Source of the DNA: a virus
Length of the DNA stretch: 64,000 nt
Direction: 5' to 3' (one strand)
IMG/VR virus record: IMGVR_UViG_3300020119_000126
Coordinates: 1-64,000 of that record
This document shows positions 57,667-64,000 of the stretch, piece by piece; within the stretch, counting starts at the first letter, position 1; the number at the start of each line of letters is the position of its first letter. The notes under the pieces are model-generated. The model was not told where the DNA came from. It made no database searches and saw only the letters and a list, made by a program, of their open reading frames with translations. The position numbers and the translations under genes are program-made.

Positions 57667-59303
57667 TACTGCTCACCGGGTTCCTTCATGATGGTCGAGA
57701 TAGCCTGCGTTTTGGTGTGGACCTGGACTTTGCCCTGGGATGGAGCACTGGTCGTTTCCTTGGTTTCGCTTGAGCCTGCCAACTGCTGCAAGAACTGCAA
57801 CCACTTCATGACATCTTCCTCAGTGCGCTGCGCGTCTTCGGTCAGGTTTAGCAGCTTATTGCCATCGCGGGGCGTAATCATCTGGCTCTGGATGCCAATC
57901 GCCACTTCATTCAGGTCAGCTTCACGATCACGCGGGATCATGGGTGACCAATCAACTGCCCAATCGACTTCTTCCAGATGTTTCGTGGTGATGCCAGCAA
58001 TACCCTTCTGTGCAGCCAACTGTGCTATAGCCTTGGCAATCAGGATCAGACCAGTGGTCCAGTATGTCCTGACTGCTCTAACCTTAGCCGTGAGGGGGTG
58101 CATACGGAAAGCCAGGGTCAAGGCTGAACGCTGGCTACCTTCGTCTTCGCCTTCAGCCACACCAGGGATAAACGTATCTCGACCAAACTGCTGGCGCAGG
58201 GTTTCGACATGGTTGACCATCGCCTCATTAAGTGGAGGTGGGTCAATAGCAAACACGTCTGGTTCTTCACCACCTGGCGGTGTCTGACCCAAATTGATGG
58301 CTGGCCTGGTTCCACCAATGTCCATAGTCTTGGGAGCCGTATTAACATTACGGATATAGGTGTCACGATGGCTCACTTCTTCAATCACGTCAGAAATGTC
58401 AGCCTGCCGAGCATTCATTTCCTTGGCAAGTTCAACCACGTCATCTAGCAGACTCAAGCCATAAAAGCTGCCAGCCCGTTCGCGAGGGATATAGAAGAAA
58501 GGCACCTTACCAAAGGGATTATCCATGTCATCAAACAGGAACTCGGTACTGCCAATCTTATACTTCAGCGGCTTATCACCTAGCTTGATGGTGACCTTCT
58601 TTTCGGTCCAATGCTCGATGAACAAAGGATCAGCCGCGCCATCAGCAAGGTCATAGCCAAAACGAAGATGAGCTTCGCGACCTGACATTCGGTAAATAAC
58701 CCAGGCTTCAAGCAAATACTCTGGTCGCCCAGTGTCCCATACAGGTAGAAAAAAATCAGGAAGGATATGTTCCAGCCGGATGCCATATTCCAGCTTAAGG
58801 TCTTCAGGATTCCAGCCCAGGCGAAAGACGATACCGCCCAGGAACGACTGAAGTAGCCCGGCTTCTTGCTGTAAGGAGCGCCCATTATTATCAGTCCACA
58901 CCCGGTTGATGAAGTCTTCAAGCTCATCGGCTCGTGTTCTGGCCGCATCATCCACCTTGTCTTTGCCTGGTTTATTGCGTGGCGTAATGCGGATAGGAGC
59001 CAGTGGACCTGGCGTATCATTGACCTCGCCAAATAGAACATAGCTATGCTCCATGCACACTTTCTTCAGGTAGTTAATCTGAAGGGGATAACGCAGCGCC
59101 GGATTGCCATGATCATCCACGCCTTCAGGCATAGTCTCATTGAGCCATTGCCCAGTAAAGCCCCACCAATACTTCAGGTAGCGGTCTGCCTGATAGGACC
59201 AGCGGGCAAAGGGAAAGATAGCGGGGAACTCATCCTGGGTAAAAGGAACAGTTGTGCCCGTACCTATGCGGCGGTCTTCGATGTCTTGAAAATATGAAGG
59301 CAT
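57666..59303 (-). CDS. Portal protein
   Basis: 545 aa after terminase; NYLK, NPFGKVPF, SALTL, WSPMIPRD. Confidence 0.85.
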   Translation of the reverse strand: MPSYFQDIEDRRIGTGTTVPFTQDEFPAIFPFARWSYQADRYLKYWWGFTGQWLNETMPEGVDDHGNPALRYPLQINYLKKVCMEHSYVLFGEVNDTPGPLAPIRITPRNKPGKDKVDDAARTRADELEDFINRVWTDNNGRSLQQEAGLLQSFLGGIVFRLGWNPEDLKLEYGIRLEHILPDFFLPVWDTGRPEYLLEAWVIYRMSGREAHLRFGYDLADGAADPLFIEHWTEKKVTIKLGDKPLKYKIGSTEFLFDDMDNPFGKVPFFYIPRERAGSFYGLSLLDDVVELAKEMNARQADISDVIEEVSHRDTYIRNVNTAPKTMDIGGTRPAINLGQTPPGGEEPDVFAIDPPPLNEAMVNHVETLRQQFGRDTFIPGVAEGEDEGSQRSALTLAFRMHPLTAKVRAVRTYWTTGLILIAKAIAQLAAQKGIAGITTKHLEEVDWAVDWSPMIPRDREADLNEVAIGIQSQMITPRDGNKLLNLTEDAQRTEEDVMKWLQFLQQLAGSSETKETTSAPSQGKVQVHTKTQAISTIMKEPGEQ

Positions 59304-59537
59304 TTAGAGTTCCTTTAACCAGAGTGTCTTGACCCATCCAATGAGGCCACCATACTCCACCAGGGAATAGGGGTCTTGGATTGGCAAGGTATAGATGTGA
59401 TAAACGGTTTCACCTGCATCAGCGCAACCACCCCGGTAGCCTTTACAGCGCCGGGCAGTTTCAGATGGCCCCATACGTATTTGGACATTGACCAGCGTTT
59501 CGCGTGGTTCAAGTTCCATGATTCGCTTTAAGGTCAT
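59304..59537 (-). CDS. Small hypothetical protein
   Basis: Coupled ORF between terminase and portal. Confidence 0.45.
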   Translation of the reverse strand: MTLKRIMELEPRETLVNVQIRMGPSETARRCKGYRGGCADAGETVYHIYTLPIQDPYSLVEYGGLIGWVKTLWLKEL

Positions 59538-59676
59538 CGTCGTCTGCGCCTGATGACCTGCTTGGTCCCTACAATCGGACTATCATAGAAGCCTTTGGCT
59601 ATCCAGAAGCAGAGTCGAGCCAGTTTATGGTCCAGCATGAGCAATTGACCCCAACGGTTGAAGGTCAGGCCAATAA

Positions 59677-59690
59677 TTCGGCATGCCGAA
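59677..59690. repeat. 14-bp palindrome copy 15, 3 nt beyond the terminase stop
   Basis: Read directly. Confidence 0.95.
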
Positions 59691-59693
59691 AAT

Positions 59694-61499
59694 CTAACGT
59701 CTGCGATGGCGTCTGAAATGTCGGTCTTTAAGCGGCCTATCTCGACGATCAGTGCGCGTAGTAGCAACCGGATACGTTCCATCATCATCCTGTGCGTCTT
59801 CCCAATAATATCTGCGCATGTAAAGTGCGCTCATACAGATTCCCATGACTAAATCTTGTCGAATCTTGGTATCCGGCAAAACATAGTTGGTCAGTTGGTT
59901 CGAGAGGTGCGATATATAGGGGAAAACCATCAATCGCTTGCCCATAAACATCTTGGCGGCGTTCAAAGCCAGGTATTTGCCATTTTGGGCCATGTTCAAC
60001 CCCTCAGCATGGAGACTCATCATGGCAAACACCAACTCATCGAAGCCTTTTTGCACCCCAGTGGCATCAAAAGCATTCCTACCCTGCGCCCGGTAGAGTT
60101 TGACGTACCTTTCATACTCGGTCAGGAAGGGCCAGTAGCTGCCATTGCCAAAAACCCAGTTAAAACCACGCAGATAGGCAGGTTTTTCGGGAAACTCGGT
60201 AATATCCCAGGCAAAAATGGCTGCCGAGTTACGGTCAGGTGGATTGCCTTGACCCGGATCAGCTATAACGATGTACTGCCGACCCGCTTTATGGTCTGGT
60301 GGCATCTCCCACTGGTAAACCCCGATTTTTTGGCTGGTTTTCTTGATGAAATAGTATTCCGGCAGGTCTTCCAGCTTAATCGGCGTCTTCCCCCTGGTCC
60401 GTTCTATCACCTCACGTGCTTCTTTGACCGTGGCCTGCGCCTGATCCATGATATGGTCCAATCCATCATCTGTGCAATCCTTCACCATATCAGGTGGGAA
60501 GTGCTCACCGCGACCCATAGGTCGCTTGGCGGCCATCCACTGGTCAACATCAACGCCTTCACCACCCACGCGGCGCTTGAGGTTCGTGATGTCAGACTTG
60601 GTCAGGTAGATATTGTCCCAGGACGCGGGGTTGAAGGACTTATAGGTGTCCGGCTCCCACTCCGCCATGTCATAGCGCATCCATAACTGAGGGTTATCAC
60701 CTGCATTGGCGACCAAATTGAGCTTTCCCAGTTTGGCACGACCCTGAATCTGGCCGCGCAAACGGCTGCCCAAGTCCCTAATCAGATCATCCAGTTCCAT
60801 AATCTTCTCAGCCTGGTCCAAGAAGATGATGTCCCCTTCCAATGTCCTGACCTTTTCCGGGTCATGCTCGATGGATAGGATTTCGATAGTGCTCTCCCCT
60901 ATATAGTCCGACTTCAGCACGAACTGTGGATAGGGCTTCTTGGGGAAGTTCCAGACAAAGCGGTCAAACCAGGGCGTGCCAGAGAAGTTCATCATGATGT
61001 ACTTATAGACTTCCATGGCCTGGATCATCTGCGGAGCCACAGCGAAGCCTCGGAAGTTAGGCGTGGTCATCGCCAATACCGCCAGGATGGTGGCAATGGC
61101 GGCTGTTTTACCTGACCCAAAGCCACCTACTACTGTCACTTCCGGCTGAGGACACAAAAACCAGTCCTTCTGCCAGGGTTGCCATAACCAACCATGCTTG
61201 TGCCAGAACAGTGGGTAGCCTTCCATGTCCCACTGCATGGTGTATTCGATGTCATCATGGACAAACAGGCGTTCGGGCCGATCCGCCTCATTCCACTTCT
61301 GATAAAGAAAAGCCCAACCACGAGCCTTGTCCTCATCAAAGGGCTGCGGAGTACGCATCCAGCGAGTGCCAGAAGTGGGCGCACGCATATAGTAGTCTGT
61401 AATATAGTTCGGGTCAGTCTTACCCCGTTCCATAATTTCATAGTCAGCCTGCGACATGCGGTAAATCTGGCGCTGGGCGTTAACCGGGCGCTTGCTCAT
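59694..61499 (-). CDS. terL: Terminase large subunit
   Basis: QPWQ, GGFGSGKT, IFLDQ, nuclease motifs VIADPG, FDATG, QDLVM. Confidence 0.9.
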   Translation of the reverse strand: MSKRPVNAQRQIYRMSQADYEIMERGKTDPNYITDYYMRAPTSGTRWMRTPQPFDEDKARGWAFLYQKWNEADRPERLFVHDDIEYTMQWDMEGYPLFWHKHGWLWQPWQKDWFLCPQPEVTVVGGFGSGKTAAIATILAVLAMTTPNFRGFAVAPQMIQAMEVYKYIMMNFSGTPWFDRFVWNFPKKPYPQFVLKSDYIGESTIEILSIEHDPEKVRTLEGDIIFLDQAEKIMELDDLIRDLGSRLRGQIQGRAKLGKLNLVANAGDNPQLWMRYDMAEWEPDTYKSFNPASWDNIYLTKSDITNLKRRVGGEGVDVDQWMAAKRPMGRGEHFPPDMVKDCTDDGLDHIMDQAQATVKEAREVIERTRGKTPIKLEDLPEYYFIKKTSQKIGVYQWEMPPDHKAGRQYIVIADPGQGNPPDRNSAAIFAWDITEFPEKPAYLRGFNWVFGNGSYWPFLTEYERYVKLYRAQGRNAFDATGVQKGFDELVFAMMSLHAEGLNMAQNGKYLALNAAKMFMGKRLMVFPYISHLSNQLTNYVLPDTKIRQDLVMGICMSALYMRRYYWEDAQDDDGTYPVATTRTDRRDRPLKDRHFRRHRRR

Positions 61500-61708
61500 C
61501 GAACAATGCCACCCAATGAGGTCGCATTCCACAACGAATTGTCATCAGTGTCGAGCTTGATGAAGAAAATGGTGCTATCTGAGTCCAACTTCATCCACTG
61601 CGACCCGTTGGTCATATGGACTATGGCAGGCTTATCACCTTGCAGCCATGCCTGGAAGATAGCTAAATAGCCCTGGTCAGTCGGGCCGAGCTTGATTGGT
61701 TCAGTCAT
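61496..61708 (-). CDS. Hypothetical protein
   Basis: Coupled ORF. Confidence 0.55.
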   Translation of the reverse strand: MTEPIKLGPTDQGYLAIFQAWLQGDKPAIVHMTNGSQWMKLDSDSTIFFIKLDTDDNSLWNATSLGGIVR

Positions 61709-62165
61709 AGAGATATTCCACGTAATCCATTAGTGTCCAGCCCCGGTCTCCAAAGTTCGTCACCGGAATGCCAGCCTGACTGAGCAGGTCGAATTGACGA
61801 TATATAGTCTGCCGCCTGACCCCACTGCTTTTGGCATACTTGGTCGGGGAGACTTCATTACCTCGCACCAAATCCTGGTACAGACTGACCAGTCTTTGTG
61901 CTGCCGTCTTGTGTGTATTGCCGTAAGTCATGGACAGCAGGTCAAAGCTAACGTCCTGAAAACTACCAAAAGCCCACTCGCCGTGGTCGATATTGGCGAT
62001 AGGGAAACCCATGCGCTTGAGCAGCGCGAGTTGGTAGTAAACTGATTGCCTCTTGATGCCATGTTCTGCGGCGTATTGCGCTGGTGAGACTGGAAACCCT
62101 TGGGCCAGGTGTCTGTAAAGCATGACTAGCCGTTGGCTTCCGGTGTATTGAGGCTCGTCGTTCAC
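61701..62165 (-). CDS. Tandem winged-HTH protein
   Basis: Two repeats of QRLV.LY..L..G..VSP..YA...G..RQ..Y.Q..LL...G.P..N.....W. Confidence 0.75.
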   Translation of the reverse strand: MNDEPQYTGSQRLVMLYRHLAQGFPVSPAQYAAEHGIKRQSVYYQLALLKRMGFPIANIDHGEWAFGSFQDVSFDLLSMTYGNTHKTAAQRLVSLYQDLVRGNEVSPTKYAKSSGVRRQTIYRQFDLLSQAGIPVTNFGDRGWTLMDYVEYLYD

Positions 62166-62590
62166 GCCAGTTCTTCGTCATCCTCCTCATCATCATCAAA
62201 GTCAATGCCGTTGATGCGGGCCATCAGTTCGCCAGCCAGCTTCATGGCTATATAGTCATTCGGAAGCTCACTGCGAACTCCCAGGAAAACGCGGGCCATC
62301 GCTGACCCCATGTCGAAGTAAGGGTCGTTTTCATGATTGGATGGTTCGGGGTTCATGTCGCGTAGAAACTCCCCCAGGTTGTAGTAGAAGCGTTGTGGTG
62401 GCAGCATCGGAATCCCCCTTACGAGTAGTGTTGAGCTTGGCTGACAAGCAGGACTTGACATCTCACGTGGGAACCCCCCGGAAAAATAGAGAAGCCTCAC
62501 ATGACCACCCCAAGAATTCAAATGGGTGTGGTCTGTTAGTTGGGCAATCTCGTAAGTGAACCTATAGGGGGGTCTACATGTTACGCACAC
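62162..62590 (-). CDS. Hypothetical protein with acidic tail (true start probably at internal MLPPQ)
   Basis: GTGA coupling to the wHTH gene. Confidence 0.5.
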   Translation of the reverse strand: MCVTCRPPYRFTYEIAQLTDHTHLNSWGGHVRLLYFSGGFPREMSSPACQPSSTLLVRGIPMLPPQRFYYNLGEFLRDMNPEPSNHENDPYFDMGSAMARVFLGVRSELPNDYIAMKLAGELMARINGIDFDDDEEDDEELA

Positions 62591-62949
62591 TCACATCTGT
62601 GACAGTCTCTGCATCTGGTCATGTTTCAGCGTCTTCTGGTGAAGAAGACAATCGTCGTGTCCGTGTCTCGGCTGGCAATGGCTTGGACAACGTCTTCCTG
62701 GCTTGGGTCAAGGCCAAGGCTGAAGCTAAGGGTTTGAGCATCAAGGTCATTCCCAATCGCAGCAACGGTCAGACGCTCTTGTTCATCGGCAAGGATGACA
62801 AGGACCGTGAAGCCCAGGCTGAATTGGTCATCGACTTCGGCACATTCCTCAGCAATGCTCGTGACAGCGAGTACAACGGTACGTTGCAGAGGACGTATTG
62901 GCTTGGTGCTCCTCGCATCAGTGTCAATCTCGGTGCCTTTGGCGAGTAA
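62578..62949 (+). CDS. Hypothetical (putative early) protein
   Basis: 123 aa, G-run RBS. Confidence 0.6.
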   Translation: MLRTLTSVTVSASGHVSASSGEEDNRRVRVSAGNGLDNVFLAWVKAKAEAKGLSIKVIPNRSNGQTLLFIGKDDKDREAQAELVIDFGTFLSNARDSEYNGTLQRTYWLGAPRISVNLGAFGE

Positions 62950-63025
62950 TCAACATTGTCCCTCGCTCATTGAGTGGGGGACATCTCAATTCTTTCGCAA
63001 TCATCTATATATAGGGGTAAACATC

Positions 63026-63223
63026 ATGTTCAAGAATTTTCTGATTGTTGCAGCTAATGACTATGCCAAAGCAATGTCATCCTCAAATCCGAGCATTGCA
63101 CAGCGTCAACTCATCACTGTCTACACGGCAGTGAATACCGCAGTGAAAGATGGGTCAGGCTCAATGAGCATGGCTGTGGCAAAGAAGTATGGTGAGTTCA
63201 TTTCTCGTTACACCAGGGCTTAG
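63026..63223 (+). CDS. Small hypothetical protein
   Basis: ATG 63026 after AGGGG. Confidence 0.55.
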   Translation: MFKNFLIVAANDYAKAMSSSNPSIAQRQLITVYTAVNTAVKDGSGSMSMAVAKKYGEFISRYTRA

Positions 63224-63565
63224 GCTCTGGTTCTTTTGGCAACTATCAGGCGTAATTGAACGAGCGTTTGATTAGCAGGGTAATCCTCTTACCTCAAATT
63301 ACAGGATTGGCACTACATTTAATCCTTTCATTAATGTGCAAATATATACTTTGCATCATAGCAGCAGTTATCCACCCCCTTTAGCTGCTGCTATGTCCTT
63401 TATATATATAGGGGCTTATCCATATAGGGTTTATCATGAACAGCCAGAATGATGCGCCGAGCATACAGTCTATTCGTTCTCTATCGTCAGAAGACAAGGC
63501 TAAGGTCTGTGTATCAGTCAAAGCCTTGATTGAGAAGCTTAAGTCTAATAAGGAGAAGGGTAATA

Positions 63566-63940
63566 ATGAGTATCATGCGGTTACAGTCCACCAAGAACGG
63601 CATGACAGGTAAGGATAAGAACGGACACACCTGGGTAATGATGGGTGTTGTTAACCGTGACCTGAGTGCCCCTGAGAAACCGTTCTTTGCTACACTCAAG
63701 GCTTTTGGCAAGCAGGCAGATGCACTGCTGGCGGTTATCAAGCCTATCGTTGCTGAGGATGGCAAGTTCATCACCGCCAAGAGCTATCCGGTGAACATCA
63801 ACACGGATAACGTGGTGGAAGCCATTGACCTGAATGGCGAAGCTCGTGTGAGCTACATCTGGTCAGAGGCCAAGGAAGAAGAAGTGGTCACAGAAGCTCC
63901 TGCACCAAGCAGTGAAGCGGCTGCACCCTTCAACGTCTAA
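63566..63940 (+). CDS. Hypothetical protein with acidic C-terminus ending PFNV (SSB-like tail)
   Basis: AGGAG RBS. Confidence 0.6.
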   Translation: MSIMRLQSTKNGMTGKDKNGHTWVMMGVVNRDLSAPEKPFFATLKAFGKQADALLAVIKPIVAEDGKFITAKSYPVNINTDNVVEAIDLNGEARVSYIWSEAKEEEVVTEAPAPSSEAAAPFNV

Positions 63941-64000
63941 CCTGGTTAATTGGCTATATAAGCTCCTACACGTAAGTGTGGGAGCTATCCATATATAGTA

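Noticed and set aside
385-59690. Palindromes as a CRISPR array or transposon ends
   Set aside because: Only 14 bp, kilobases apart, inside intact genes; no spacer pattern, cas operon or transposase
385-59690. Palindrome as a LexA box or canonical parS/NBS/matS
   Set aside because: Does not match GAAC-N4-GTTC, CTGT-N8-ACAG, TGTTTCACGTGAAACA, the TTTCCCGGGAAA core or GTGAC-N3-GTCAC
38981-60686. Long antisense ORFs (38981-39739, 57688-58287, 59856-60686)
   Set aside because: Shadow frames of well-supported minus-strand genes
1-64000. Complete reassignment of TAA to a sense codon
   Set aside because: TAATG stop-start overlaps at 4206, 19984, 31959, 38363 and 57666 show TAA terminates, and long genes contain no internal TAA

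Overview
Most of a tailed-phage (siphovirus-type) genome; the host cannot be read from the sequence. Plus strand, 1-23.9 kb: a tRNA array (about 9 regular and 4 atypical tRNAs) interleaved with stem-closed putative small RNAs, then RNA ligase, class II ribonucleotide reductase, nucleases, primase, DnaB helicase, Sak4-like ATPase, RecA, MT-A70 methyltransferase and a ParM/ParR pair. Minus strand, 23.8-62.2 kb: the morphogenesis module (terminase, portal, scaffold, capsid, tail tube, frameshifted chaperone, tape measure, tail tip/fibre, putative lysin, holin). A divergent AT-rich putative early region starts near 62.5 kb. Main observations: (1) the 3997-aa tape-measure protein carries two-barrel RNA polymerase motifs (RSP...GGDFDKD), an FtsH/M41-type HEIGH protease domain and an apparently inactive PD-(D/E)xK domain, suggesting an injected virion RNAP polyprotein; (2) a 14-bp palindrome TTCGGY-NN-GCCGAA occurs 15 times, spread along the window and embedded in genes in all three frames; (3) three genes are split by a single in-frame TAA; (4) the tRNA spacers look like discrete structured RNAs. 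All protein calls rest on motif recognition by eye; no database searches were run.
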